DNA of 64,000 nucleotides from Gemmatales bacterium. GTDB taxonomy: Bacteria; Planctomycetota; Planctomycetia; Gemmatales; HRBIN36. The notes under the pieces are model-generated. The model worked only from the letters and a program-made list of their open reading frames with translations. It did no database searches and was not told the DNA's origin. Made by a program: the position numbers and the translations under genes. The stretch spans positions 146,984 to 210,983 of the forward strand of contig JBEPZY010000002.1 in assembly GCA_041640595.1 (NCBI GenBank), in the 5' to 3' direction. Of the stretch, positions 1 to 10,678 are shown one piece after another. The number at the start of each line of letters is the position of its first letter. Within the stretch, counting starts at the first letter, position 1.

Positions 1-771
1 GGCTTCGACCTGCAGGCGATTCGGCGAGCCATCGAACAACTGCGTCGCCTCAATCCCCGACCAGCAGCAGCCTTTGCCCCTCAGGCCGAACGCTACGTCG
101 TCCCTGACCTGATCGTGGAACAGGACGAGAACGGCGAATATCAGGTTCGGCTGGTGGATGACTACGTGCCCGAATTACGCATCAGCAAACGCTACCTGGA
201 AATGCGGCAGCAGGCACGCGATCCGAAAACCCGCGAATTCCTGGCCAGGAAAATCCAGGCGGCTCGCTGGCTCAAAGAAGCCATCGAACAGCGCAAACGT
301 ACCCTTGAAAAGGTGGCACGCGCCATCCTCCGCCGCCAGAAAGATTTCCTCGAAAAAGGCCCCGAACACATCGTCCCCTTGCGTATGCAGGAGATCGCCG
401 ACGAGGTGGGCGTGCACGTGACCACCGTCAGTCGCGCGGTGGATGACAAATGGATCCAGACACCGCGGGGCCTTTTCCCGTTGCGGCGATTTTTCGGCGG
501 AGGCGTTACCACCGCCCAGGGCGAAGAAGTCGCCTGGGAAACCATCAAGCAGAAACTCCTCGACCTCATTCAGCACGAAGACAAGGCCCATCCCTACAGC
601 GACGAAGAACTGGTGCAGAAACTCGCCGAACAGGGACTCCCCGTCGCTCGCCGCACGGTTACCAAATACCGCAAACTCCTCAATATCCCTTCCTCCCGAC
701 AACGCCGTGATTGGACTCTCGTGCTGCAACGTTCCAACAACCACCACAACACCGAAAACTCTTCCCCGTGA
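1..771 (+). CDS. rpoN: RNA polymerase sigma-54 factor, C-terminal part (5' end outside window)
   Basis: Frame is open from base 1 (GFDLQAIRRAIEQLRRLNPRP...YVVPDLIV). Contains HTH motif IADEVGVHVTTVSRAV and RpoN box ARRTVTKYR. Confidence 0.97.
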   Translation, partial: GFDLQAIRRAIEQLRRLNPRPAAAFAPQAERYVVPDLIVEQDENGEYQVRLVDDYVPELRISKRYLEMRQQARDPKTREFLARKIQAARWLKEAIEQRKRTLEKVARAILRRQKDFLEKGPEHIVPLRMQEIADEVGVHVTTVSRAVDDKWIQTPRGLFPLRRFFGGGVTTAQGEEVAWETIKQKLLDLIQHEDKAHPYSDEELVQKLAEQGLPVARRTVTKYRKLLNIPSSRQRRDWTLVLQRSNNHHNTENSSP

Positions 772-1030
772 ATTCCGCTACATCCGACCAGAGCATATCG
801 CACCGCCTCGCATAGGCGACACAGCCGAAAGCACTTCCGCGGAAATGCCGCATCGCCTTAGAGGGTATCACGCAATCACCCCTAAGTGACACGACCAAAA
901 ACACTCGCCCATAAACGCCGGCGAGCCCAACAAACCAGTGGTGGCATGTCGCCTTTTCCTTGCTACTGCGCACCGCCAGTTTCGCCGCCTCGAGAACCGC
1001 ACATCTGCAACCGCGTTCGCGCGCAAACAG

Positions 1031-1711
1031 GAGCGGCTGGCGTAAGCCAGCCGTGGGAAAGGTTCGCCGTTGCACGCCGGAAACGTACATTTGCAACCGC
1101 CTCCGCACATGCAACCGAGAGCGGCTGGCGTAAGCCAGCCGGAGTACGGGAAGCGAATGTGCGGAGCGAAACGTAATCCGTCCGCAAAAGCCGGTCGCCG
1201 TTGCAAGCGCGAATCCGAACCACGGCGGGCTGACGCCCGCCGCTCTTGGTTGCCGATTCGATCGTCCGCCGAACAGTGCTCGGTTGTTGTCGCACCACCG
1301 CCGGTTCACGCACCCACGGCGGGCTGATGATCGCCGCTCTCGAAAACGTGCGTTTGTGCATAGCAAAAATCGTTTTTGCTTCGGCAGACCTTCGCATCGC
1401 AAGCCAAGAGCGGGGGGCGTAAGCCCCCCGTGGGGAACATCCGCTGTTGCGAATCGGAAACGCACATCGCAGGCGATATGTCGCGCATGCAACCAAGAGC
1501 GGGGAACGTAAGCCCCCCGTGAGATGCAGTCCGTATGCGAGCGCGAAACCGGAAATCCCGCACATTGCCGTTGCAGACGCGGTTTGCACACCCACGGCGG
1601 GCTGACGCCCGCCGCTCTCGATTGCCGATTCGATGGTCCGCCAAACAGTGCTCGGTTGTTATCGCACGAGCGCCCGTTCACGCACCCACGGCGGGCTGAC
1701 GATCGCCGCTC
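1031..1711. repeat. REP-like palindrome cluster 1 (8 copies, both orientations)
   Basis: GAGCGGCKGGCGTVAGCCMGCCGTGG-type units start at 1031, 1119, 1408, 1497 (forward) and 1220, 1314, 1592, 1686 (reverse), between convergent rpoN and cysteine desulfurase genes. Confidence 0.92.
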
Positions 1712-1831
1712 TGGTTCACCGTTCGCAGATCGCTTGTGGTTTTGCTCACGGCGATCGCTGGTAGGTCTGATAGCAAAACTCCGGTAAGGGCGGCGCCCGT
1801 CGGAGTCGCAGGTGATGATTCGCGGCCGCTG

Positions 1832-3007
1832 TTAGCTGCGATGGGAAAACTCCGGTAAGGCCGAGAGGTCGTCTTCCTGGCTGAGTTCGCGCAGTTCACG
1901 AACGATAGCGGCAATGATTTCGACGGCCTGAGCGATTTCCTGGTCCGTATTGAGATGGCTCAGGCTGAAACGAACCGCAGAGTGGAGTCGTTCGGGCGGC
2001 AATCCCATGGCTTGCAGTACCGGCGAGGGTAACAGCGAGCCACTCGAACACGCCGAGCCTGCCGAACACGCTATCCCCGCCAAATCCAGTCGCATCAGCA
2101 AAACCTCGGCACGGCAACCCGGAAAGGAAACGTTGACCGTATTCGGCAGGCCACCAGCTTCGGGGCCATTCAGGAATATCGGGGCACAGCTTTGCCGCAA
2201 TCCCTCCAGAAACCTTTGCCGCAATTCCAGCACCCGCTGCCGACGGATTTCCTGCTGGCGATGGGCCAGTTCGACCGCTTTGGCCAGGCCAACGATCAGG
2301 GGCACCGGTTCGGTTCCCGGCCGCTGGCCTCGTTCCTGATGCCCTCCCCGAAACAGCGCTCGTAACGGCGTACCACGATGTACCAGCAAAGCACCGACTC
2401 CTTTCGGACCGTGCAATTTATGCCCCGATAAACTCAAACTGGTGACACCGAGCTGATGAAAATGCACTGGTATTTTTCCGACCGCCTGCACAGCATCGCA
2501 ATGCAAGGGGATATTGCGTCGGCGACAAAACTCGGCAAATTCCGCGACCGGTTGCACGGCTCCGGTTTCGTTGTTAGCCAGCATCAGGCAGGCCAGCTTG
2601 ATTTCCTCGTTCAGATTCTCGCAAGCCGACACGTCAACCACGCCATCCGGGTTTACGGGAATCTCTCGCCACCAGTAGCCGCGCTGCGTCAACGCCTGCA
2701 CCGCTTCCCACACCGAAGGATGCTCGATGCGGCTACAGCAGATGCCACCGATTCCGCGGGGCAGGCCAAACACCGCTAAATTGTTTGCTTCCGTAGCGCC
2801 GCTGGTGAAAATGACTTCGTCCGGCTCGGCACCGAGATAATGGGCGATCTGCTGCCGGGCATCTTCGATGGCCTTGCGAGCTTTGCGGCCCAGTGCGTGT
2901 GCACTGGAGGCATTCCCGAAACAGGTGTCCCAGAACGGCTCCATCGCCGCTCGCACTTCCGGCAACAACGGTGTGGTGGCGTTATTATCCAGATAAATCA
3001 TGGTCAT
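1832..3007 (-). CDS. iscS: Cysteine desulfurase (IscS/NifS family, PLP-dependent)
   Basis: IYLDNNATTP start, FTSGATEANN, HCDAVQAVGK, PLP lysine in LSGHKLHGPKGVG, catalytic Cys in SAGSACSSG. Confidence 0.93.
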   Translation of the reverse strand: MTMIYLDNNATTPLLPEVRAAMEPFWDTCFGNASSAHALGRKARKAIEDARQQIAHYLGAEPDEVIFTSGATEANNLAVFGLPRGIGGICCSRIEHPSVWEAVQALTQRGYWWREIPVNPDGVVDVSACENLNEEIKLACLMLANNETGAVQPVAEFAEFCRRRNIPLHCDAVQAVGKIPVHFHQLGVTSLSLSGHKLHGPKGVGALLVHRGTPLRALFRGGHQERGQRPGTEPVPLIVGLAKAVELAHRQQEIRRQRVLELRQRFLEGLRQSCAPIFLNGPEAGGLPNTVNVSFPGCRAEVLLMRLDLAGIACSAGSACSSGSLLPSPVLQAMGLPPERLHSAVRFSLSHLNTDQEIAQAVEIIAAIVRELRELSQEDDLSALPEFSHRS

Positions 3008-3555
3008 CTCGCTCTACTGCCGTGAGTCCGCAGCTCTGCTGGCCGGCCAGCCTCAGCCCGAATGCCAGTGCCGGGATGATCTGTTTCACCCACCGCGATA
3101 TTTTTTGCCCGCGGATTCGCCCATCACCTAATCATAGGCAGCGAATGGCCGCTGAACCTGCACCGCTCCGGCTATTCAGGAATTTGCCTGCCCAGCGTGT
3201 GCGATCTATATTTAGGTGTCTCCCGGTTGTCGAAAACGTCCCGTCCACAGGAAGTGTCCGATGCACCAGGATCGTGCTCTTAATTTAGGCTGGACGCCAG
3301 GCGATAACATTTGCGGCCAGCCGTCACTGGAGCAATCTGTGCACTCTAATAATTCTAAACATCCCCAGCCGCAAGGTGAACAAAACAAGGATGCATTGCG
3401 GCAACAAAATAAACGCACCAGACCGCTTACCCCCGAAAAACTCCGACGACGTGTCGCCTATCTGTTGTGGACGGCAGCCATGCGTTGCGATGCTTAGACC
3501 TTGACATGAGCAGGATAACAAAGCCGCATCGCCAGACCTGACTTTCCCCAGCTAA

Positions 3556-4479
3556 TCAAGGGGCACCAGGAAACGGCGGCGGCAACTTCTCACTGCGTTT
3601 CCAAGCGCTATACCACAAATCGAGCGTGAACTGTGCTGCCACGCGACACCGCGACAGGATAAACGCGCGACTGGTTTCCGTGGGCTTATCAAACTCTCCC
3701 CGGGCATCCAGTTCGTAACAGCGATCCACTTGTTTATAGGAGTCGTCAATCATGCTCAGAATGTGCCGCCACATATCCTCATGCACTTTCGCCTGCAGAT
3801 TCTTGCCGATTTCTTCGGGGTTTAGATTATAAGTTTCCGGAAAGCCATCTATCTTGGCGTGGATACCTTTCTGCGCATAGGTACCATCGGGCATGCGCCG
3901 ACCATCGTAATCACGAGTGGTATGCAGAGGCATGGCCGCATCCTGCGCATAATGGGCAAGGATACCGGCATACACTATACATTTCATCTGATGAGCAGGT
4001 TCGTCCGGCTGACGACGGTAGTCCGCGAAAGCGCAGGCAAGTCGCTCGTAATAATCCTGAATCGCCCAGGGCAATAACCCCGCTCGTTCCGGTCGGCGTT
4101 TCAAACGCTGCAAAAGTGCCACCGCTTCATAACGATTCGCAGGCAGCGGTTGGTTGTTATAGTCCTCTAAGTCTATGTAGTGTTCTGGAGATTCACTGCT
4201 GCGCAGGGGTCGCGTTTCGGGATTCTTCCAGCGATCGGGATCGCCGCTCAGGGTAGCTAATTCTCTGGTGGCCTTGCGGAAAAATACAGGCATATCCTCT
4301 GGCAGATGTCGGGCCGCTGCTTCGGTAATCAGGCCATGCCCACGTATCCACCAGCCCCAGGCGGGACCTGTCACCGACAGGCTCACGCCCACCCAGACCC
4401 CCACCAGAGCGAGCATGATGAGATGGCAAGCTCGAATACGATAAGTCATCCAACTCAGGTGCGTTCTCGATTCAGCCAT
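3556..4479 (-). CDS. Secreted S1/P1 nuclease / Zn-dependent phospholipase C-like protein
   Basis: Hydrophobic signal peptide ending AWG, mature start WWIRGH, motifs DPDRWK, HYIDLE, HYAQDAAMPLHTT and IHAKID. Start codon uncertain. Confidence 0.75.
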   Translation of the reverse strand: MAESRTHLSWMTYRIRACHLIMLALVGVWVGVSLSVTGPAWGWWIRGHGLITEAAARHLPEDMPVFFRKATRELATLSGDPDRWKNPETRPLRSSESPEHYIDLEDYNNQPLPANRYEAVALLQRLKRRPERAGLLPWAIQDYYERLACAFADYRRQPDEPAHQMKCIVYAGILAHYAQDAAMPLHTTRDYDGRRMPDGTYAQKGIHAKIDGFPETYNLNPEEIGKNLQAKVHEDMWRHILSMIDDSYKQVDRCYELDARGEFDKPTETSRAFILSRCRVAAQFTLDLWYSAWKRSEKLPPPFPGAP

Positions 4480-4631
4480 GCACAGGTTCCTTAGTGTACC
4501 GCGCTGGCAAGGGCACGGTTCCGGCTATTCCTTGTGTTTACCCCGGTCATTGCACAGAGCGACGGTTTTTATCTATACCATTTCGCCTGTCCGGAGACAA
4601 TCGAAAGGGGAGGTGCGATTTGTCCGAAGGA

Positions 4632-6056
4632 TCACGATTTAGCGGCGTGCTGGTTCGGGGTCGAGGTGATGGGAATCCAGCGCTGGGGCGGTTCGCCGAC
4701 GTCTAAGTAAATATCCTGGCCGCTTTTTTCGAGGCACATGCGATCGAGCGTAGCCTGGGCTTCTGCACCGATTCGCCCAATGCAGCCGGCTAAGCAAAAA
4801 CGTTGCCCCTCTAATTCCTGAGCCCGCTGGCCCGACTGGTGATAGAATCGCAGCACACACTCCTGAGCTCCCAGGAGGAGCCTCGCCTGGTATCGCTGAT
4901 CGGGAGAGCTCCAGCTCAGGACGCGCTGCCCCGATTCGTGCCCACTGGCTGCTGCCAGCAGGGAGTGCAGAATTGTCCTCGGATAGGCTAAGGTCGGTAT
5001 CAGCGGTACGGTTTCGAGATATAAACGTCCCGTCGGTATTTCCGCAGCCTCGGCAGTATGTTCTTCGGGTTCCCCGCACGGTATGGGTGGACGGAATAGC
5101 CCACGCAGGATGTCCATTTCCGCCGCCTCGGCCGCAACCAGTTCAGTACCTGCGGTGGCGGTAATCGCTTGCTCCAGGAGATCGGTTAACCAATCCCGGC
5201 TTTCCTGAGGAAAACTAATACCATCAGCCACAGCGAGCGCATCCAGCAAATCGCTAAACTTCCAGGTCGTGATGTCCAGGTCGGCAAAATCTTCTAAGTC
5301 TTCGCGCAGGCCTGCGGCTAATGTTACGATCCAGTCGTCGGCCAGCAGAAAGACCTCCGGATGCTCCCCTAACCAGTCAAGACATTTCCGAATGCTCGCC
5401 TGATGGGTATCTAAGTCCTGGCGTAACTTATCGAATACTATATTCGGCTGCCAGGCTTGCTCACTGGGTGACGGCGTGTGGAGAAATTCAATCGCCAGTG
5501 TTGCCAGCGCATGCACTAATTCCGCGTCATCCAGCTGCTGAAGCAAGGCGATCGCTTTATTAGTGGTATTGTGCACACTATCATCGCACCAGCTCTCTGG
5601 ATCGGCAAACTCGGAATCCGCGGCCAGCTCTTCCGCGCGATCGCACCAGCCTTCTAAATAGGAGGTTCTAAGAGCCTGAGCGGCCAGCATCACGCCGTGT
5701 TCCTGAAACACCGTAACTGCCCAGCCGATAACTGGCTCATATTGATTGTATAGATGCCTCCACTGCCGATCGTGATTGGGCTTTGTCGCGGGCCGAGTAG
5801 ATTGATAGCGTTTCGAGGGAAGCAAACTGCCTGAGTAGGTGCCGAGATGAGAGCGGTAAACAAGGCCTATGCTGGCCAGAAAACGATAACATTCCTCCGG
5901 CGGAAGGCTGACCGGTGAGGATAGTGGCTTCTGCGACCAGCTGGCACGCAAGGTGCTGAGTTGATCCAGCGCTTGCTGCACGGGATGAGTAACCCGGACG
6001 CGATACGAACCGCTTGCCGTCAACTGCTGAATCGTTGCCTGTAATTCGCACCTCAT
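4632..6056 (-). CDS. Hypothetical protein, possible anti-sigma/partner of the upstream sigma-like gene
   Basis: Long ORF; ATG at 6056 is preceded by GGAGG. Acidic helical middle, then LLAAAS and a beta-rich C-terminal domain. Function inferred from position only. Confidence 0.6.
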   Translation of the reverse strand: MRCELQATIQQLTASGSYRVRVTHPVQQALDQLSTLRASWSQKPLSSPVSLPPEECYRFLASIGLVYRSHLGTYSGSLLPSKRYQSTRPATKPNHDRQWRHLYNQYEPVIGWAVTVFQEHGVMLAAQALRTSYLEGWCDRAEELAADSEFADPESWCDDSVHNTTNKAIALLQQLDDAELVHALATLAIEFLHTPSPSEQAWQPNIVFDKLRQDLDTHQASIRKCLDWLGEHPEVFLLADDWIVTLAAGLREDLEDFADLDITTWKFSDLLDALAVADGISFPQESRDWLTDLLEQAITATAGTELVAAEAAEMDILRGLFRPPIPCGEPEEHTAEAAEIPTGRLYLETVPLIPTLAYPRTILHSLLAAASGHESGQRVLSWSSPDQRYQARLLLGAQECVLRFYHQSGQRAQELEGQRFCLAGCIGRIGAEAQATLDRMCLEKSGQDIYLDVGEPPQRWIPITSTPNQHAAKS

Positions 6057-6263
6057 AACTAATTCCTCCCATATAAGAGCTGGTATCAATAATTTTCACC
6101 GCATAAGTCTGAACCCCGATTGCCCTCAGTCTTAATCGGCCAGCTAACGTGCAGGTTCTGGCTGGAGCTGATTAGCCATCGCTCAGCAATTAGGCCCTAA
6201 GCTGGCACTAATAATTTCACACAGCAGCATAGTTCGTCGTGCGTGTTCCTCCTTGATATCATT

Positions 6264-7316
6264 TCAGGCATCTGTGTTGTCATCTTCGAGCAGTGCATTG
6301 AGAATGCGAATCTGATCCGGAGTAAGCCCTGAGTTGTTCTCTCGCAATTTATGATAAACTATGCGCATCCGTCGCACCCATTGCCGCCAGCAATTGCCGC
6401 TGGCTTTAACAGAAACAATTACCGGCACGTTTGCATTGGGATTACGCGCGGCACCATTAGCATGTGACAATTGTTGCACAATCCAAATATATCTGGGCCT
6501 GACGTTGTTGTTTCGGATAAGGTTATCCACGTGGGCCACGAGTTCACCCACGGTCGGCGTCCACGCAACTATGCGCCTCTGGCACCATCCCTGGCACGGA
6601 TGATTTCCCCAGCCCGAATGTGGTTTCGAACCGTTGCAGTCCAGGCAGATCAGGGCCTGGTATTGCTCACACTGCTCGAAGCACTCACCGACATATCGTA
6701 GCACATCCTCACCGTTCGCTACGCCGGGGTTGTTTTCATGAAGAACACGGTGAATAAGTCGGCTCAACTGCATACGGACGCAGAGCAATAACACCGCGAA
6801 ATAATCCACGCCATTCCTGCGCTGACCTAGCGGACTAAGTTTCTCGGAACGTAATAAGGTAACGAGCGCGGCTTGCAGATTGCGCTTCAGGTTTGCGAGG
6901 CGGTCACGCTCGGGTTCGTCCTGTTGTTGCTGGGGATCCGCGGGCTGATTTTCTAATTGTTCTTGATCACGCAGCCTCTCGCGCCGTTTGCGGTTTTCCG
7001 TTCGAGCTTGGTTTATCAAAACGGTTTTCACCCAGGCCAGGAAACTGCTGTCTTGCCGATCCGGATCGTAAGCGGGAGCGCGTCCGTCTCGCGGCCTCTG
7101 AACCAGTTTTTCCCAGATGCAACTAACACCATTTTCCATAACCCACTGGCGAACTTCACGAGGGAAATGGATGTCACAGTTAGCGATGAGACTCTCTAAC
7201 ACAGGGAGCACATGCTCATTGAATAACTGGTTAGCCTCTTCTATGGGAACCTTGGGGTCTTGGATACGGCGTAAAATCGCTCGGAAATCGTGGGGCAATT
7301 CCTGGGGCTGCGGCAT
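6264..7316 (-). CDS. Divergent sigma-70/ECF-like protein
   Basis: 350-aa ORF with GGAGG RBS. Region-2-like segment CIWEKL...YDPDRQDSSFLAWVKTVLINQARTENRKRRER and C-terminal WRQWVRRMR resembling the end of region 4. Confidence 0.55.
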   Translation of the reverse strand: MPQPQELPHDFRAILRRIQDPKVPIEEANQLFNEHVLPVLESLIANCDIHFPREVRQWVMENGVSCIWEKLVQRPRDGRAPAYDPDRQDSSFLAWVKTVLINQARTENRKRRERLRDQEQLENQPADPQQQQDEPERDRLANLKRNLQAALVTLLRSEKLSPLGQRRNGVDYFAVLLLCVRMQLSRLIHRVLHENNPGVANGEDVLRYVGECFEQCEQYQALICLDCNGSKPHSGWGNHPCQGWCQRRIVAWTPTVGELVAHVDNLIRNNNVRPRYIWIVQQLSHANGAARNPNANVPVIVSVKASGNCWRQWVRRMRIVYHKLRENNSGLTPDQIRILNALLEDDNTDA

Positions 7317-7579
7317 AGGGCGATCCTCCGTGGCTTAGCTCGGATTGGCCCGAAACCGTTACAGATTAACAATAGCCGGCTGACGAGAAACAGCAAGGGG
7401 CCTATTATGTTTTCTTTGCTGACGAATCGTCGTCGCGCCCTTCTATCGCCTCGTTTCAATGCTCGCGCTATTACGTTTTCTTTGTTGCCCAATTGTCGGA
7501 CGGCTGGCGCTCTCGATTGTTCGTTCGCTGGTCGCCAACAAGACCCCGCGATTATCACTCACCGACCGGATCACGCACG

Positions 7580-7787
7580 CACGGCGGTCTGACGGTCGGC
7601 GCTCCTGATTGTCCGTGGGGTGATGCCGAGCAGTGCCCGGTTCTTTGTGGCACAACCGCGGGTTTACCGGCCACGGGGAGCTTACGACCCCCGCTCTTGT
7701 GAGCGTGCGGTTGTGCAGCGTGGATGGCGTTTTGTTCGCCGGACCGGCGTCATGCAACCAGGAGCGGCTGGCGTAAGCCAGCCGCGA
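7580..7787. repeat. Degenerate REP-like cluster 2 (3 copies)
   Basis: CACGGCGGTCTGACGGTCGGCGCTC near 7580, CCACGGGGAGCTTACGACCCCCGCTC at 7671, GAGCGGCTGGCGTAAGCCAGCCGCG at 7762. Confidence 0.8.
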
Positions 7788-8159
7788 TACGGAAGCCGGA
7801 TTGTAGGCGGTAAACGTAATCACCTCGAAGGCGGTTTCCACTCGAAGACTGCCACACGCTACGAAAGGCGGATCGTGCATGGTAAAGGTAATCACTCCGC
7901 GAACACGGCGGTTGGCCAATGCCGGCACTTAATCGGTTTCGCGGTTCGCTGGAGTGAGGGAAAGCGGTTAATCCGATTGAGCGCCAATATCTACGTTGAC
8001 TGCATGGTTTTCGGAAAATTACGCCACTATTGAAAATGAACAGTTCATCCCTACACTGTTCGCCTATATTCGGGGCGCAAACTTCGCAAGATGCATCAGA
8101 GACATAGCCTTTGATGGCTTGCGGAGACGAAAGGGCTTTCGCAACACAGGAGGATGCAC

Positions 8160-8990
8160 ATGAGTGGGATCGGAATATCCTTGCTTGTCGCCCTACCCTC
8201 GTTCGTTCCGCTGGGTTTTACGGACTACGACACGGCGGTGCACCTGGCTATGGAAACTCGCCGCGACCTGGTAATATATTTCCGCGGGAACGGCGAGCTG
8301 GACGGTGTGTTGTTGCATCCGGAGATAAAGTGGTATTTGCAACAGTACGTGTTTCTTTGTGTTCCGGCAGATTTTCAGTATCACGGCCGGCGATTGCTGG
8401 ACCATGAAGCATTCCGCGAAATGCAAGGTAAGCCCGGGCTGGTGGTTGTGAATTTGCATGACCCGGATTCGCCGAATTACCAGACCGTGATCTCGGCCCA
8501 TCCGCTGGTCAAAAGCCGGTACGCCTGGGTCCCGGACTATGGGCCGGAGCAGGTGCGAATCATCCTCAACCTGCCTAACTGGCTGTCGTTGACGCAGCGA
8601 AGCATGCTGTATGCCGTCAGCGTGCACCCTGAAAAACCGCAAAGTATTACGGGAACGCCCCTTCCGGCTATGATGGCTCACTGTGCCCACCACAGTGCCC
8701 GGCAGGCGCAGATGCAATGGCAGCACCATGCCGACCTGATCGCCGCTTCGTCCAGGGTGCAGCAGGAAGCCGGAATTTATCTCGCCAGCGCTTCGGAGGT
8801 TGTGGCGGAATCGTGGGGCATGATTTTTGGCGGCGAAAATGTGCTGGAAGCAGCGTTTTCGTGCGTGGATGCCTGGAGACAGTCGCCCGGGCACTGGGGA
8901 GCAGTGTCCCGTCCAAGTCGTTATTTCGGCTACGACATTGCCCGCGGGGCTAACGGTACATGGTACGCCACCGGTTTCTTCGGATATTGA
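8160..8990 (+). CDS. Exported protein with thioredoxin-like N-terminal region and C-terminal CAP/SCP-like domain
   Basis: AGGAGG RBS at 8148 and signal-like N-terminus. C-terminal EVVAESW...CVDAWRQSPGHWGAV...FGYDIARGANGTWYATGFF matches the CAP pattern (W..SPGH). Confidence 0.65.
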   Translation: MSGIGISLLVALPSFVPLGFTDYDTAVHLAMETRRDLVIYFRGNGELDGVLLHPEIKWYLQQYVFLCVPADFQYHGRRLLDHEAFREMQGKPGLVVVNLHDPDSPNYQTVISAHPLVKSRYAWVPDYGPEQVRIILNLPNWLSLTQRSMLYAVSVHPEKPQSITGTPLPAMMAHCAHHSARQAQMQWQHHADLIAASSRVQQEAGIYLASASEVVAESWGMIFGGENVLEAAFSCVDAWRQSPGHWGAVSRPSRYFGYDIARGANGTWYATGFFGY

Positions 8991-9365
8991 CGAAGTTAGA
9001 CCGCACCTGGCCACGTGCTAACGATGGCTAACCACGCCCTCTGAGCGAAATCGTCCGCGTCTGGCCTCGGGTCGCCCCGACAGGCAAACATTCCGTCAGC
9101 TTCGGGGAACCTCGATGGCTACGCCCCGATCAACGCCGCGTCAGGACGACCGGCGGGCATCAGGCGAACGTAAGCGTGGGCATTATGCGAGAATAGCAGC
9201 GCGACGCTCGCTCCTGAAATTCGATTGTATCGTGCCGGCGTTGGTGTTATGCGATGAACCGGGGCGGGGCACTTCTCATCCATAGAAAGGTGGCTTCTGG
9301 GGACAGTTGTGTGGCTATGAAACGCTGAACGGGAGCGGGACACTTGTTGTCCGGTCTGAACTGAG

Positions 9366-10313
9366 CTAACGGGGAACAGGTCGGCCCATGGTGCGGAGCA
9401 GGAGCTTCATATCTTCCCAGACTTCGCGTTTAGCGGCGGGGTTGCGGAGCAGGTAAGCGGGATGGTAGGTGCAAATAAGAGCGGCTCCGCGATAGCGATG
9501 CACCTGACCGCGGAGTTTGCCGATACTCTGGTTGGTGTTCAGCAGGGTTTGGGCGGCGACGGCACCGAGACAACAGATATATTTGGGAGCGATAATCGCC
9601 AGTTGCTGTTCCAGGTAGCCGCGACAGTTGGCGATTTCGTGGGGCAAAGGGGTACGGTTATTGGGCGGTCGGCATTTCAGGACGTTGCAGATGTACACGT
9701 CGTGGCGACTGAAGCCGCAAGCCGCCAGGATGCGATTGAGCAATTGCCCGGCCGGGCCCACGAATGGTTCGCCCTGAGCGTCTTCTTCCTGGCCGGGTGC
9801 TTCGCCGACCAGTACCAGTTCGGCGGCGGGATTGCCCACGCCGAATACCGTTTGCGTGCGGTTGCGTACCAGTTCCGGGCATTTCGTGCACGGAATAACG
9901 TGCAGTCGGTTCAACTCGTCCAGCATCCGGGCTTTCTCATGGGGTGTGCGTGCTGGTGATTCGAGCGGCTGATCGAAAAGCGAGGCTGCGGTGCTCAATG
10001 TCGGCGGCGGTTGATTGGGCGTTTGCGGTGCGATTGGGGCGGAAACGAAGCGTGCAGGAGCGGGCTTCTGACCCGGGGATGGCTTGGTGTTTGGCGAGAC
10101 GGCTCGATTGGGCCCAGAGCTAATCGGTGGGGATGACGGCTGGCCCGGCGATTGGCCCGAAGGTTCCGACCAGGCTGCGACGCGACTCTGACCAGCCGAT
10201 TCTGCCGTCGGGGACTGGGGTACCCATTCCACGCCAGCGAATCGCCAGGCCTGGATGTGCTCGGCCAGCGTTTCGCGGAGTCGTTCCGGAAGCGGTTCTC
10301 GATCATCGGCCAT
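9366..10313 (-). CDS. udg: Uracil-DNA glycosylase, family 4 (Fe-S type)
   Basis: [42 protein letters not shown] and TYHPAYLLR, preceded by a Pro/Ser-rich linker. Confidence 0.93.
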   Translation of the reverse strand: MADDREPLPERLRETLAEHIQAWRFAGVEWVPQSPTAESAGQSRVAAWSEPSGQSPGQPSSPPISSGPNRAVSPNTKPSPGQKPAPARFVSAPIAPQTPNQPPPTLSTAASLFDQPLESPARTPHEKARMLDELNRLHVIPCTKCPELVRNRTQTVFGVGNPAAELVLVGEAPGQEEDAQGEPFVGPAGQLLNRILAACGFSRHDVYICNVLKCRPPNNRTPLPHEIANCRGYLEQQLAIIAPKYICCLGAVAAQTLLNTNQSIGKLRGQVHRYRGAALICTYHPAYLLRNPAAKREVWEDMKLLLRTMGRPVPR

Positions 10314-10678
10314 CGCAACACTCCCAAATGGCGCGTCTTCTCGGCGTCTTGCTATAAAAATACGCAGGGCAGGCGGCACCGGCTGCGTAAGTGCAGGATT
10401 ACAATGCGGACAACCGAAAACGGAACTTTTTTGCGAGTCCCACCCCAGCGAAAATCAACAATACTTTGCAGGACAGCCATGGCAGCGACCGCAGGCGGCA
10501 CCGGTTTTTCGCTGCCCTATTTTGAACCGAAAAACGCACACATGCCGATGTGGTACGCCGCAGGCCTGGCACCTGTGCTCTGCAAGTCGGTCAGCGCCTA
10601 GCGGATCGGCTCTGGTGATGGCGACCCGCCGGGCAGCCGTGCCAGCTTAGCCTTTCGCACGCAGACACGGCAAGCTCG

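Noticed and set aside
680..1787. Several long ORFs (e.g. 680..1681, 963..1595) containing RAAGVSPPW / HGGLTPAAL
   Set aside because: These are translations of the REP palindromes in multiple frames, with no protein-like composition.
3216..3497. 93-aa ORF between iscS and the S1/P1 nuclease gene
   Set aside because: No recognisable motif or convincing RBS; a small protein cannot be excluded.
5942..5957. Sigma-54-like -24/-12 motif TGGCACGCAAGGTGCT
   Set aside because: Lies inside a CDS on the antisense strand with no suitable downstream gene; likely chance.
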